64,000 nt of DNA from Chiloscyllium plagiosum (GCF_004010195.1 NC_057719.1:10845974-10909973), one strand, 5' to 3'; counted from the stretch's first letter, positions 1 through 13,870 are shown. The notes: a model not told the origin generated them from the sequence alone. Numbers and translations: made by a program.

Positions 1-221
1 AGAGATGTTAGGGGTAGGTTCTTTACTCAGTGAGTCGTGAGTTCATGGAATGCCCTGCCAGTAGCAGTGGTGGACTCTCCCTCATTATGGGCATTTAAGC
101 GGGCATTGGATAGGCATATGGAGGATAGTGGGCTAGTGTAGGTTAGGTGGGCTTGGATCGGCGCAACATCGAGGGCCGAAGGGCCTGTACTGCGCTGTAT
201 TCTTCTATGTTCTATGTTCTA
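1..221 (+). mobile_element. CR1 LINE 3' end
   Basis: gggccgaagggcctgtactgcgctgta followed by (TTCTATG)n tail. Confidence 0.85.
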
Positions 222-224
222 AAT

Positions 225-460
225 GGATTCAAGAACAGCTTCTTCCCCACTGTCATCAGACGTTAGAACAGATCTCTCAAATGTTAATGTTGATCTCTCT
301 TTCTCTCTGCACCTTCTCTGCAACTGTAACACTGTATACTGCTTTCTGTTTGCCACCCTGATGGACTTTGTTTTGGTATGATCTGCCTATAGAGCACGCA
401 AAGCAACACTTTACACTGTACCTCAGTACGTGTGACAACAATAAATCAATCAACCAATCA
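225..460 (+). mobile_element. Rex1/Babar LINE 3' end
   Basis: ttcaagaacagcttcttcccc (FKNSFFP) and tail gtgacaacaataaatcaatcaa; same family as 34765-35388. Confidence 0.7.
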
Positions 461-719
461 CATGAAGGCCAGACTAGGCAAGGATGACAGATTTCCCTCC
501 CTGAAGGACTTGAATGGTTTTTTACAACAATTGACAGTGGTTATGTGGTCACCATTAGACTAGCTTGTTAATTCCAGATGTTTCTTTTTCTTGACTTTGA
601 ATTTCACCATCTGATTTGAATCCATATCCCCAGGACTTTAACCTGGGATTCTGGATAACTGGGTCATGGGACATTACTACTCTGATGCACAACCAGCCTG
701 ATTCAAACTTTCACTGGAA

Positions 720-1230
720 TCACGGTGTGGCGCAAGCTTCAGGTCTGGAACCACTTCTGTTCACAGCCTCGATCAATGATTTCAGTGTCAGCCCCGGGCT
801 GGGTTGGTGTTAAAATATGCAAAGGATACCAAAACTGCACATACAGTTAAGTTCAGAGGAAATGGCAAATGGATATTGATAAGCTGGAAGCAAAATTGTC
901 CTTTGGAATGCAATCCCACTAAGTGTGTTGCACTCAGATTGAAAGAAATGTAACAATAATCATTTTCTGACTGGAAGCAGGTTGGTGTTGTGTAAAAGTA
1001 GAGGGCTTTGGAATTGTAATGGCATAGGATATTGAAGGCAGAATCTCAGGATGAAAAGGCTATAAAGAAAAGCAATGGAATTTGTTTTATTTCAAAAGCT
1101 GTACAATATTAAAACCAACATGTAACAATGAATCTAGATAAATCCTCAATAAGTCTTCAGTTAGAACTCCCTGTGCAGTATTGTGCTCCACGTGATATGA
1201 AAGATATTGCAGTGTGTACTGATTGACAAG
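720..1230 (+). mobile_element. Ancient degraded CR1 RT fragment
   Basis: GVAQASGLEPLLF..IND resembles GVPQGSVLGPLLF..IND; a KYAKDTK-like motif follows. Confidence 0.6.
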
Positions 1231-1829
1231 AAAACCAGATGATGTTAACTTCTTCTTTCATGGGACACGGACCTTAGGAACAAGTATTACCAATCCCTCT
1301 TGTGATTGAATTGATCGACTTGAGTGGCAGAACTGACCATATTGCTGTGGAGTTGGAGTCACATGGAGGCCCAGAGCAGGTGAGAATGGCAGATTTCCTT
1401 TCTTGTTGGACATTGGTGAATCAGATGGGCTTCTACAATAGTTGACATGGTCACCATCACTGATACCAGCTTTATATTTTAGATTTATTAATTGAACTTA
1501 AATTCCAAAAACTAATATGGTGGGATTTGAACCCCCAATTCCAGAGGAATAGCCTAGGTGTCTACATTACAGGTTTAGTGGCAAAATTACTACCAAATTC
1601 AGCCATGAAGAAAGATTTGGAAAAAAGTGGAATATCTTTCAGTGAACAATGAAGGTTATCATGCAATTTTGTAAATGGTGAAAGGATGGGTTGAAGTAAC
1701 CAGGAACGAAAGACTAATTCTACATGATTTTAAATAGAAGGCAGGAGAAGGCAGACAGACTGTGGAACCCAGTGGTTAAGGCAAAACTATATCAACATTG
1801 AAGATCGATAAAGGTAGAAGTTAAACATA

Positions 1830-2034
1830 CAATCATTCTTCTACAATGTGATGGTTGTGTTCTTGTGCAACCAAGCATTATAGAAAAGTCGTGCTTTAGG
1901 AATAGCTTAAAGTATTGGCATGTAATCGCATTACAGCCAACAGAAGTTTTAAAAGTTCACGCTTTACACACAGTCTGTCAATCGTGTTACAGCAAATCTG
2001 CGTTGGGGAAAGTGCGTTATAGCAGAATGACCTG
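1830..2034. mobile_element. Probable Tc1/mariner-pogo-type MITE
   Basis: Imperfect terminal inverted repeats (caatcattcttctacaatgtg / tgcgttatagcagaatgacctg) with TA on the left flank. Confidence 0.45.
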
Positions 2035-2634
2035 TGCATGCCAACAGTGTTCAAACTTTTTGTTTCCATGAAGGTCAGATATATTAGGGATATTTAAGCG
2101 ACTCTTGGATAGGCACATGGATGATAGTACAATGAAGAGCATGTAGGTAAAAGGCTGGCACAACAACGAGGGCCGAAGGGCCTGTACTGTATTGTGCTAT
2201 ACTTTTCTATGTAAGGTAAGTGCTAACGTGGACCAAGTTTTGAAAATATTGGTTCGTGCAATGTGGGTATCACTGACTTTATTACCATTCCTAACTGCCC
2301 TTGAGAAGGTGGTGGTGAGATGCCTTCTTGAACTGTTGCAGTGTATGGTGAGTAAATAGACTCACAGCGCAGTCAGGAAGGGAGTTCCAGGATTTTGATT
2401 CAATTGCTTCAGATGTGCTTTGCTCCATTTACTGCTATGGATCAATGTCACCACAATGTTTGATCGTAACTGCAATTGTAGTAAGGCCTATTCCTGTTCT
2501 GATCTGATATTTTAGTAGGTTTCACTAGATAGCTGCCGAAAGTAAGAACATTGGCAGGTTGCTACACTCAAAAGTACTGTTCTTATCTCTGTGGTAGCTC
2601 TGAGATACTTCAGTTGCAGCAGGTAATGAATCTG

Positions 2635-2775
2635 GTATAAATGCAAAATACTGCAGATACTGGAGATCTGAAACAAACACAGAGAACACTGGAGAAACTC
2701 AGCAGGTCTGGCAGCGTCTGCGGAGAGAGATACAGAGTTCATTTTTCAAGTCTGACAAGACTTGTCTTCAGAAGA
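2635..2775 (-). mobile_element. PLE-derived short element with hammerhead core
   Basis: Minus strand CUGAAGA-C-AAGUC-UUGUCA-GACUU-GAAA (2771-2744), followed by the family tail gacctgctgagtttctccag...atctgcagt. Confidence 0.65.
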
Positions 2776-3064
2776 AGAATGATTCTGGGTCACACCCTGA
2801 ACTTGAGGTTTGGTACTGCACTGGACACACTGGTTACAAAGTAAGGTAGTGAAGGAGAATAACAAAATTCAGGGGAGGGGGATGGGACATTGGATGTGCT
2901 GAGTGTAATCGACAGAGAAAAACTGAGACAGGGAGAACCTGCACTGTAAAAAGGCTCGATATTTCTCCAATCATAGTATCAAAATACAGTCAAATCTGTC
3001 CCTTCTCTTTGGCCTTAAAGCACTGAAGGGCGATACTCTCTGGGTACCAGGCACTTTAACCTAC

Positions 3065-3258
3065 CTGGACAAAGCTCTGACACAGCAACGTGACATGTTG
3101 ATAAAGGAGGTAGCATTGGCTCGTGTCTGGAGTGATGTTTCAATCCCTCGAAGCAGGTCATTAGTCTTTAGGAGCAGGAGCATTTGGCGAGGGACCTTGT
3201 TCAGCAGTTCATTGATGCGCGGCAGATATTTAGCTGCTTTTACTCTAATCTCCACGTC
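3065..3258 (-). CDS. ADCK1: Internal coding exon of aarF domain-containing kinase 1 (C-terminal region, probably the penultimate exon), 194 bp
   Basis: Translates DVEIRVKAAKYLPRINELLNKVPRQMLLLLKTNDLLRGIETSLQTRANATSFINMSRCCVRALS, matching recalled vertebrate ADCK1 (human DLEIRNNAANYLPQISHLLNHVPRQMLLILKTNDLLRGIE...SSFLNMSRCCIRAL). Acceptor ttgtcttacag|GAC (AG at 3260-3259), donor CCAG|GTAGGT (GT at 3064-3063); phase 0 start, phase 2 end. Confidence 0.93.
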
Positions 3259-3959
3259 CTGTAAGACAATTGGAACACTTGATTACTCTCGATACAAATG
3301 ACACATTTGGAGATAAATGGTAGATGAGATTGAATGCAGCAAGAAACTATAAGGTGATACATTGTGGGAGTATGAATAAGTACAGGTCAGGCACACTGAA
3401 CAGCAATACTTCGAAGGGAATATAAAAGAACAGATTTCAAGTGATACAGACAAATATCTTTAAAGGTCAGAGGATAGGCTGAACAGGATGTACAAAAAGG
3501 GTACGCATAACAGTAGGTTATATAAGTATAGGTATGATGCCAAAATGCAAAGAGATCATGCTAAGCTTAAAGAAATAATCTTAAAGACCATAATTACAAT
3601 AATCTGTCTGATTTTTAAAGGTTGTCTTTGGGATATGAATGTTGCTGGTTAGGCTAGCATTTATATCCCACTCTTAAATGCCCTAGAAAATGTGGTGGTG
3701 AGCTGCCATCTTGAACTGCTGCAGTTATGTGGCTGCAGAGATACTAACAGTGCTGTGGGGAAGCATTTTCCAAGATTCTGACACAGTGGCATTAAAGGAC
3801 CGGCAATGTATTTCCAAGTGATGGTGGTGCATGGCTTGCAGGAGAGCTTCTAGATGGTGGTTTTACAATGCATCTGCTGCACTTGTCTTTCTAGATGGTA
3901 CTGATCATGTGTTCAGAAATTACTGTCTTAGGAGAATTTCTGTAGTGCATCTTGTAGAT

Positions 3960-6900
3960 AGAGTCATTCAGCCCAACTAATCCATGCAGACCATGCTCCC
4001 AAACTAAACCACTCTCTCCAATTTAATAATATCCTTCCTATAGCAGGGCGATCAGAACTGTACACTGTACCCTAGCAAAGGGAGTTTAGAAGATTAAGGG
4101 GAGATCTAATAGAAACTTACAAGATAATACATGGCTTGGAGAGGGTGGACGTGAGGAATTTGTTTCCGTTAGGCGAGGAGACTAGGACCAGTGGACATAG
4201 CCTTAGAATTAGAGGGGGTAAATTCAGAACAGAAATGCGGAGATATTTCTTCAGCCAGAGAGTGGTGGGCCTGTGGAATTCATTGCCACAGAGTGCAGTG
4301 GAGGCTGGGATGCTAAATGTCTTCAAGGCAGAAATTGATAAATTCTTGATGTCACAAGGAATTAAGGGCTACGGGGAGAATGCGGGTAAGTGGAGTTGAA
4401 ATGCCCATCAGCCATGAGTGAATGGCGGAGTGGACTCGATGGGCCGAATGGCCTTACTTCCGCTCCTATGTCTTATGTTCTAACATCCTGTATAACCTCA
4501 ACATGATGTCCCAACTCCTATACTCAGAGGTATGAGCAACAAAGGCAAATGTGCTAAGTGCCTTCTTAACCACTCTATCTACCTGTAACACAACTTTCAA
4601 AGAAATAAGTACCTGCAACCCTAGGTCTCTCTGCTCTACAATACGTTTAAAAGACATTTGGGTAGGTATATGAATAAGAAAGGCTGAGAGAGATATGGGC
4701 CAGGAGCAGGCAGGTGGGACTCGTTTAGTTTGGGATTGTGTTCAGTGTGGACGGGTTGGATCAAAGGATCTGTTTCTCTGCTGTATGACCCTATGGCCAC
4801 CCAAAGCCTATCATTAATTATATAAGTCCTGCCCATGTTTGTTTTACCAAAATGCAATACCTCACATTTATCCAAATTAAACTCCATGTGCCACTCCTCA
4901 GCCCATTGACCTAATTGATCAAGATCTCTTTGCAATCTTAGATAACTTTCTTCGCTGTCCCTTGTACCAATAATTTTGGTGTCTTCCGCAAACTTACTAA
5001 TCATGTGTCCTAAATTCTCATCCAAATCATTTACAATGGACCCAATACCAATCCCTGCTGGTCACATGCTTCCAGTTCGGAAAACAACCTTCTATAACCA
5101 CCCTGTTTCCTGCTGTCAAGCCAATTTTGTGTCCAATTGACAAGTTCCACCCTGAATCCCATGTGATCTAACTTTACTAATTAGTCTACCGTGCAGAACC
5201 TTATCAAAAACTTTACTAAAGTCGATGCAAACAACATCTACCACTTAGTTGTAATCAATCTTTTTGGTCACTTCCTCAAAAAGCTGAATCAAGTTTGTAA
5301 GAAACGATTTCCCTCACACAAAACCATGCTGACTATCCTTAATCAATACTTTTCTCTCCAAATGCACTTAAAGCCTATGCTTCAGAATCATCTCCAACAA
5401 CTTATCCACCACCAATGTCAGGCTCACACATCTATAGATCCCAGGCTTCTCCTTAGAGCTGTTCTGCGATAAAGGCACAACATCAGTCACCCTCCAGTCC
5501 TCTGGCACCTCACCTGTGTCTGCAGATGATACAAATATTTCTGCTAGGGCGCCTGCAATTTCCACCCTAATCTCCCACAATGTCTTGGGATACACTTGAT
5601 CAGGTCATAGAGTCATAGAGATGTACAGCATGGAAACAGACCTTCCGGTCCAACCCGTCCATGCCGACCAGATATCCCAACCCAATCTAGTCCCACCTGC
5701 CAGCACCCAGCCCATATCTCTCCAAACCCTTCCTATTCATATTCCTATCCAAATGCCTCTTAAATGTTGCAATTGTACCAGCCTCCACTCCTTCCTCTGG
5801 CAACTCATTCCATACCCATACTACCCTCTGTGTGAAAAAGATGCCCCTTAGTCTCTTTTATATCTTTCCCCTTTCACCCTAAACCTATGACCTCTAGTTC
5901 TGGACTCCCCGGCCCCAGGGAAAAGACTTTGCTTATTTACCCTATCCATGCCCCTCATAATTTTATAAACCTCTATAAGGTCACCCCTCAGCCTCCAACA
6001 CTCCAGGGAAAACAGCCCCAGCCTGTTCAGCCTCTCCCAATAGCTCAAATCCTCCAACCCTGGCAACATGCTTGTAAATCTTTTCTGAACCCTTTCAAGT
6101 TTCACAGCATCTTTCCGATAGGAAGGAGACCAGAATTGGAGGCAATATTCCAACAGTGGCAATTTATCCGCCCTTATGTTTCCTAACGCCTCCAGCACTT
6201 CCTCTCCGTAATGGGAAGCGTTTTCAAAACATCAATATTTATTTCCCCAATTTCTCATGTCTCCATTTCCTTCTCTGTAGTAAAAACTGACATGAAATAT
6301 TCATTTAGCATCTCTGAGGTTCAACACATTGATCTTTCAGGGGCCCTATTCTCTCTTTAGTTGCTCTTTTGCTCTTAATGTACTTATAGAATATCTTCGG
6401 ATTATCTTTAACGTTATCTGTCAAGATTATCTCATATCCCCTCTCTTTGTCCTCCTGATTTCCCTCTAAGAATGCCCCTACATTCTTTATACTCTTCAAA
6501 ATATTCATTTGATCCTAGTTGTCTATATTTAATAAATGATTCCTTCTCATTCTTGACTAGAACCTCAACATATTTATCCATCCATTGTACCCAACTCTTC
6601 CAGCCTTACTCTTCACTCTAACAGGAACATAATGCCTCTGAACGCTCATTATCACACCTTTGAAAGCCAGAGTTGAGGGGGTTGGCTTATGAGCAGAGAC
6701 TGAGTAGCAAATCCTGAGTAGGATTATATTCATTGGAATTTAGAAGAATGAGGGGGCATCTTATAGAAACATATAAAATTATGAAGGGACTAGATAAGAT
6801 AGACATAGAGAGAATATTTCCACTGGCAGGTGAAACTAGGGCAAAAAGGCACAGCCTCAAAAGTAGGGAGAGCAGATTTAGGACTGAATGCACCCAGAGG

Positions 6901-7710
6901 GTTGTGAATCAGTAATTCCCTGCCCCGTGAAGTAGTTAACGCTACTTCAGTAAATGTTTTTAAAGCTGAGATAAATTTTTTTTGAACAGTGAAGAAATTA
7001 AGGGTTATGGTGAGAGGGTATGTAAGTAGAGCTGAGGCCATGGAAAGATCAGTCATGATCTTATTGAATGGCAGAGTGGTCTTGAAGGGCCATGAGGCCT
7101 ACTCCTGCTCCTAATTCTTATGTTCCTATGTGCTTATTTATGTTCTCCCACTTATCAGTCATCCCTTTACCGCAAACAGTCTACTCCAATCAACTTTTGA
7201 AAGTTCTTTCCTCATGCTATTAAAATTTGCCTTACTCCAATTAAGAACTTTAAACTTTTATGGAAGGCTTATCCTTTTCCATAACTATTTTAAAACGAAT
7301 AGAATTATGATCCCTAGTCCCAAAGTGTTCCCCTACTCACACTTCAGTCACTTGTCCCGCCTTATTTCCCAAGAGAAGGTCAACTTTTGCTCTTTCTCTA
7401 GTAGGTACATGTACATACTGATAAAGAAAGTTTTCTTGAACACATTTAACAAATTCCTTACCATCCAAGCTTTTAACACTATGGCTGTCCCAGTCAACAT
7501 TTGGAAAATTAAGATTCCGTACTATTACAATTCTATTCTTCTTACATATATCTGAGATCTCTCTATGTAATTTTTCCCTCATTTCCCCTTTAACTATTTA
7601 GGGGATCCTATCATACAACCTCATCTCTTTCTTATCACTGATTTCTACTCATACTGTTTCACTGAACAATCCCTCAGAAAAATCCTCTCTAATTACGGTA
7701 GTAATATTTT
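3960..7710 (-). mobile_element. Nested CR1 cluster: long minus-strand CR1 (EN and RT fragments) interrupted by younger CR1 3' fragments
   Basis: ORF fragments SKFAEDTKI, MEFNLDKCEVLHFG, YPKTLWE...GEVPEDWR, FNFPNVDW-like; inserts at ~4078-4480 (+), ~4640-4790 (+), ~5605-6155 (-), ~6670-7128 (+). Confidence 0.85.
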
Positions 7711-8024
7711 GCTACTAAACTTGGTGGAAGAAGTGGATGTGGTTCCAGTCAAGAGGTCTGCTTTGTCCTCGATAGTGTCAAGCTTCATAAAGTGTTGTTA
7801 AAGCTGCACTCATCTGGGCAAGTGTGAAGTATCCCATCACAATCCTGACTTGTGCTAAGTAGAGATGGTGGACAGGCACTGGGGAGTCAGGAGGTGAGTT
7901 ATTCATCACAGAATCCCTAGCCTTGGATCTGCTCTTGTAGCTACAGTATTGGGTGCAATACTTTAGGAAATGTATTAGCCTTCCATAGTGGCTATTAGAA
8001 GATGATAGGAATAAATTAATGGCA

Positions 8025-8239
8025 AGATTAGAGTGGTGCTGGAAATGCATAGCAGGTCAGGCAGCATCCAAGGAGCAGGAAAATCGATGTTTTGTGCAAA
8101 AGCCCTTCATCAGGAAAGGGTTTCTGCCCAAAACGTCAATTTTCCTGCTCCTCGGATGCTGCCTGACCTGCTGTGCATTTCCAGCACCACTCTAATCTTG
8201 CCTCTAATCTCTATCATCTGCAGTCCTCACTTTAGCCTT
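8025..8239 (+). mobile_element. PLE-derived hairpin element with 13-bp TSD
   Basis: ~85-bp inverted arms (8021-8107 / 8116-8202); TSD taaattaatggca at 8012-8024 and 8240-8252; degenerate hammerhead on the minus strand. Confidence 0.8.
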
Positions 8240-8317
8240 TAAATTAATGGCAGACTCCCTAAAAGTGTTTAAAGTTTTACTTAATTCAAAAGAATATAAG
8301 AAACAGGAGAATAATTA

Positions 8318-8670
8318 GGGGAGGCAATGGCCTAGTGGTATTATCGCTGGACTATTAACCCAGATTCCCAGATAATGTTCTGGGCACCTGGGTTTAATCC
8401 CACCATGGCAGAGGGTGGAATTTGAATTCAAGCAATGTCTGGGATTAAGACTATAATGTTGACCATGGATCCATGGCTGATTGTTGGAAAAAAACATCTA
8501 GTTCATTAAGGTCCTTTAGGGAAGGAAACTGCCATCCTTACCTGTTCTGGCCTATCTGTGACTCCAGACCCCCAGCAGTGTAGTTGACTCTTGGCTGCAG
8601 TCTGGGCAGTTAGGGGTGGGCAATAAATGCTGCCTAGTCAGAAATGCCCTCATCCCGTGAAAGAATAAAT
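8318..8670 (+). mobile_element. tRNA-derived SINE with LINE-shared tail (family copies also ~15392-15770 +, ~43090-43365 +, ~48695-48990 +, ~461-680 -, ~1335-1595 -, ~27565-27815 -)
   Basis: A-box-like tggcctagtgg, B-box-like ggtttaatccc, core gggaaggaaactgcc...gactccagacc, tail gggcaataaatgctg...catcccgtgaaagaataa shared with LINE fragments in the window. Confidence 0.75.
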
Positions 8671-9259
8671 TAGAATTACACCATTAAGCCCTTGAAATTG
8701 TTCACTATTTAATCTGATCATGACTTTGGTCTGAAATCCATTTTCCCACATGTTCTCTTATTCATTGATCACAGAAAAGATCAAAGGTCTCGCTATTCCA
8801 GCCTTCAATGTATTCAATGATAGAGCATCTGCACCCTCTGAATGCCAAATATTCACAACTCCCCGAGTGAAGAGAATACTCCTTAACTTAGCCCTGAATA
8901 ATTGACTCCTTATCCTGAGGCCAAACTCTTGCAAAAGTTGGAGTTTTGCAAGACTTCTCTGGATTCTAGGCGATGACAGAAAGACTTGTGGTGGGATGTT
9001 AATTCCTGAGCTCCCATATGCTATTATAGCAGCTTCAATGTGTGTGATGGAGCTTTCACTGGGAATAGACTGCAAACAAGCCAGTGGGAAAACTGGGCTT
9101 CAATGACTTAGAATAACGTTCTTAGGATTTTATCCTTTGAACCACTCAATTATGCTCCAACTGTACATGGCTGGAAGATACAGCCTGGGTTTCCCTTATG
9201 CATTGATGCTGAGCACAGTCACTCTTCGGGAAAGACATCTAATCGGTTTTTCTCCTTTA

Positions 9260-9670
9260 AAGAAGGAAACGAAAAAGGATTGCGTTTATATAGTCCCTAT
9301 CATGAACTAGGGTGTCCAAATGTACAAGTGTCCATCAAAACACCTCTGCTTGGATATCTCGCAAATCTAAGAAGCACAGCAGCCAATGAGCACAAAGCAA
9401 TCTCCAACAAGCAACTCTGGGGTTGTTGGTTGAAACTTAAATTTTAAGTAGATTAATCCCACTCTCTTGTTTGAAACAGTGCCGTGGGGTCTTTTACACC
9501 CACTTGAAAGGGAAGACCTAACCTAAGTTTAACACCTTATCCAGAAGGCAGCACCACAGAGAACTGTGTTGCAAATATCAACTTAGATTATGTGCTAAAG
9601 ATTCTGGAGGAAAAGCCCACGACTATCAGAATTCGAGGCAAGAAGGCAACCCACTCAGCCACAACTGGCA
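9260..9670 (-). mobile_element. Old Deu-domain SINE (SacSINE1/AmnSINE1-like), near full length
   Basis: Reverse complement shows tRNA-like head gtggctgagtgggttgc, aaagaccccacggcactg, ttggctgctgtg and ctatataaacgcaa tail. Confidence 0.6.
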
Positions 9671-10419
9671 AGAAAAACCACACAGAAACGTCCACATCTG
9701 CCTTTTGCAAGCTTTCCCTTTGAAATGCAGTGCTTCACAGAAAATGTTAAAAACTGTGTCAGAAATACAAGGAGGAGGGGTGAAATATCCTAGCGAGGCA
9801 TTTTACGCAAGCTGCAAAGCTAAAATTTAGTTGTAAACAATTTACTTTGTGTCCCTGTAAAAAAAATCTAGTAACTCACAGCCTGCAAAAGAACTGTCCT
9901 TATTACTATAGCTTGCACGTATTTGTGCAGTCAAATCCACTTAAAGGACAGCTCTGCTCCAGCAGATAAGCTGTGTAGTCACTTACCATTATCGTTTGTT
10001 TTTGTCTGTGCTGAATTGAGCTGCGGCATCAGAAATGGTGTGTAACTCTCTGAAGATTCATGGAGATTAAGGCAAACCCATTTACCTTTTCTCACCAGCC
10101 CCTGATAACAGCCTGGGAAATGTCGTCCGCACCCAGCCATAATTTGGGAAGGGTTATGTTAGGAAGAGGGAGGAAACTGGTGCCAATCCCTGCTGCTCCT
10201 CACCATTTTCTGGTTTCGATGGCCCCTAACAAACCAAGCCACTCAAAACACTGGGGACCACTCAGCTCCTCATGCCTATACTAGCATTCAATCAGATCAA
10301 GGGTATTCTGTATCTCAACTCCAAATTTGTTTTGTATTTACTCATAGGGATCACTAGCTGCACCAGTGTTTATTGCCCATTCCAAGTTGCCCTTGAGAAA
10401 GTGATGGTGAGCTGCCTTC

Positions 10420-10765
10420 CTGAATTGAGATTTGCAAGGTTTTGAGGAGCATAGACATGGTAGATAGAGAGCCTTTCCCTTAGTAGAGGGTCAATAACCA
10501 GGGGGCACAATGTTATGGTAAGGAGCAGGAGGTTTATGGAGATTTGAGGAAAATGCTTTTCATGTAGAGGGTGGTAGGTATCTGGAAGTCATTGCCTGAA
10601 AGGGTGGTTGAGACGGGAAACGTGAAGAAGTAATTCAATGAGCACTTGAAACACCATTGCATATAAGTGCTGAAAAATGAGATTGGAATTGACGGATGTT
10701 TGATGATTGGCACGGACAGGATGGGCCAAAGGCCTCATTCCATGCTGTTAAAAAATTTGACTCTA
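10420..10765 (+). mobile_element. CR1 3' fragment
   Basis: Typical CR1 ORF2 end/3'UTR with gggccaaaggcc. Confidence 0.7.
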
Positions 10766-11026
10766 AGAACAGAAATTGCAGGAGAAACCCAGCAAGTTTG
10801 ACAGCCTCATTGGAGAGAGAAACAAAATTGGCATTTCAAGTCCAGTATGTTTCTTCTGCAGGTCAGTATTTCCAGTCTCCAGTAATGCGGAGGGAGAATC
10901 GCGGAATCACAGAGTATTTGCAGCACAGAAAGGAGGTCATTCACCCATCTTGCCTCTACCGGTTCATTTCCTAGTACCAGTCTTCTGACTTTTCTCCATG
11001 GACCTGCATACCACTTCTATCGAAGT

Positions 11027-11333
11027 GATTAGATTAGATTACTTACAGTGTGGAAACAGGCCCTTCGGCCCAACAAGTCCACACCGACCCGCCGAAGTGC
11101 AACGCACCCATACCCCTACATTTACCCCTTCACCTAACACTACGAGCAATTTAGCATGGCCAATTCACCTACCTTTGGACTGTGGGAGGAAACCGGAGCA
11201 CCCGGAAAAAAACCCACGCAGACATGGGGAGAATGTGCAAACTCCACACAGTCAGTCGCCTGAGGTGGGAATTAAACCTGGGTCTCTGGCGCTGTGAGGC
11301 AGCAGTGCTAACCACTGTGCCACCGTGCCGCCC
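11027..11333 (-). mobile_element. V-SINE (HE1-like)
   Basis: tRNA head ggcacggtggcacagtggttagcactgctgcctcacagc, V-domain tgtgtggagtttgcacattctcccc...ggtttcctcccacagtcc, CR1-derived tail and (TAATC)n end. Confidence 0.9.
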
Positions 11334-12079
11334 ATCTTGAATGCCCCAATTGTACCTGCTTCCATCACATTTACAGGCAGTGCATTCAGAGATTGGGAGA
11401 TAATTTCATTCCTTGTTTTGGAATGAGAGCAGTACTGTTAAGGCAACAGCTTTCACTCCCATCCATAGTTATGTTTCAAAGGCAGTGGTGGGTCTATCTC
11501 TTGATTTAGCGAGTTAGGAGGAGCCAGGCTACTACAATGGGTCAGACTGGGGCAGGGTAGCAGAATGGATTCAGGAAATCATGAAATCATTCATTTCAGT
11601 AGAAGAAATGAAAAAGAAATATATTATCTGAACAGTAAAGGAATGCCAGAGTTCTGAGATGCAAAGGATCCTCACGCATGAATTGCAAAAGGCTTAGATG
11701 CAGCTGCAGCAAGTAATTTGAAAAGCTTATATTTTATTGCAAGAGGATTTGAATGCAAAAGTAGAGAGTTTATGTTTCAGTTACACAGGGCACTGGAATA
11801 CTACACGGTATCAATTTGAATATTTAAGGAACAATGTAAATGGATGCAGTTTAGTTCAGTTTACTTGACTAATACCTGGAATGAGTTGTCTTATGAGGAA
11901 AGGTTTAACAGGCCAGGTTTCTATCCACAGGTAACTTGAGCGAAACTTCGAAGGACTTTGACAGGATAGTTGGGGGAGAGATTTCCTCTTGTGGGAGAAT
12001 CTAGAACTCAGTGTCACTTTTTAAAAGTAAGAGCTGGCCGTTTTAGATTGAAGTGAAGAGCATTTTTTCTCTTAGAAAG

Positions 12080-12468
12080 ATCATAGTATCATAGAATCCC
12101 CACAGTGTGGAAACTGGCCATTCAGCCCAACAAATCCATACCGGCCCTCCGAAGAGCACGCCACTCAGACCAATCCCCCTACCCTATCCTTGTAACGCTG
12201 CAATTCCTGTGGCTCCTGCACCTAACCTATACACTCCTGAACATTATGGTGTAATTTAGTATTGCCAATCCACCTAACCTGCAGATCTTTGGACTGTGGG
12301 AGGAAACCAGAGCACCCAGAGGAAACCCACACAGGCACAGGGAGAATGTGCAAACTCCATACAGACAGTAGCCTGAGGCTGGAATCAAACTGGGGTCTCT
12401 GGTGCTGTGAGGCAGCAGTGTTAACCACTGAGCCACCGTGCCACCCCCACTGAGCCACTGTGCCATCC
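12080..12468 (-). mobile_element. V-SINE (HE1-like) with duplicated 5' end
   Basis: Same motifs; ccactgagccac(c/t)gtgcca repeated at 12426-12466. Confidence 0.85.
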
Positions 12469-13009
12469 TTTTGAGTCTTTGGTACACTTTTCCTGAAAAG
12501 GCATGGTAGCAGAGTCTTTAAGGCAGAGGTATATAGATTCTTGGTGAACAAGAGGATGAAAGGTTATAGGAGGTAGGTGGGAATGTGGATTTGAGATTAT
12601 AATCAGATCAGCCACAATCTTACTGAACGCCTGTCTAGAGTCAAGGGGTTGAATGGCCTACTCCTACTGTATGCTCAACTCTTTCAGGGAAGAAGCTGTT
12701 TCAAGGATCTGTTTCTATGCAGAAATTACCAGGTTTGGTTTTATAAAGGTGTCACATGTTAATTGTAGATTAATTGTGTATGAAGGTGATGGCCATTAAT
12801 CAGAAATTCTTCTGTTTCCCAACACAGAGAGATGTTTTGAATGTTGGGTTGGAACTTGGAATGTGAATACCTTTCATGTGCAAATAAATATAAAACTGTG
12901 TAGAGGTTGGTTCCAGCTCCAACCTTCACCAACTGGTCAGGAATGGAACACCAAAGCATGATTAGATTTACATTACAGCACCATACCCTCCAAGGCAGAG
13001 TCTGTGACA

Positions 13010-13870
13010 GTACCATTTGGATGTGAAATATTGGAGACGTGGTTAGTCAGCTTGTAGAACACATCAAAATAGGTGGTGTAGTGGACAGTGAATAGGATTT
13101 TCTCAGAGCACAATGGGATCTTGATTAGATGGGCCAATGGGCTAAAGAGTAGCAGATGGAGTTTAATTTAGATAAATATGAGGTGCTGCATTTTGCCAAG
13201 GCAAACTAGGGCAGAACTTATATGGTTAATGGTAGGGCCTAGGGAGTATTTCCGAATAAAGAGATTTGGAAGTGGAGTTACAGATAGACAGGGTGGTGAA
13301 GAAGGCATTTGGCACGCTTACCTTCATTGGTCAGAACAGTGAATATAAGAGCTGGGACATCATGTTGTGGCCGTAAAGGACATTGGTGAGGACACTTTAA
13401 AATATTGTGTACAATTCTGGCCGCCCTTTTATAGGAAGGACGTTGTTAAACCAGAGGGGGTGAATAGACTGGGGCTTTTTCCCCTGGAGCATCAGAGGCT
13501 GAAGGGTAACATTGTAGACCTTTATGAAATTATGAGAGACATGGTTCGGGTGAATAGTCAAGGTCTTTTTCCTGGGGTAGAGGAGTCCAAAACTAGAGAA
13601 TATAGGTTTAAGGGGAGAGAGGAAAGATTTAAAAAGGATGTCAAGGATAACTAATTCATGCAGAGGATGGTGCGCGTATGGGATGAACTGCCAGAGGAAG
13701 TGGTGGAGGCTGGTACATTCATTTAAAAGGCATTGGGATGGGTATATAAATAGGAAGGATTTAGATGGCTATCTGCCAAATGTTGGCAAATGAAACAAGA
13801 TCAAATTGGGATGTCTGGTCAGTGCAGATGACTTGGACTGAGTTTTCATGCTGTATAATTCTATGACCTC
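13010..13870 (+). mobile_element. CR1 RT/3' fragment
   Basis: LKYCVQFWPPFYRKDVVK...GLFPLEHQRLKGN peptide and CR1 3'UTR. Confidence 0.85.

Noticed and set aside
2512..2640. Possible terminal ADCK1 exon
   Set aside because: The frames I checked show no resemblance to the ADCK1 C-terminus; the last exon probably lies left of the window.
9981..10030. Perfect minus-strand donor ATG|GTAAGT as the end of the preceding ADCK1 exon
   Set aside because: The phase-0 frame has a stop 15 codons upstream and no ADCK1 similarity.
11280..11333. tRNA genes at SINE heads
   Set aside because: A/B-box regions continue directly into SINE bodies; no intact cloverleaf.
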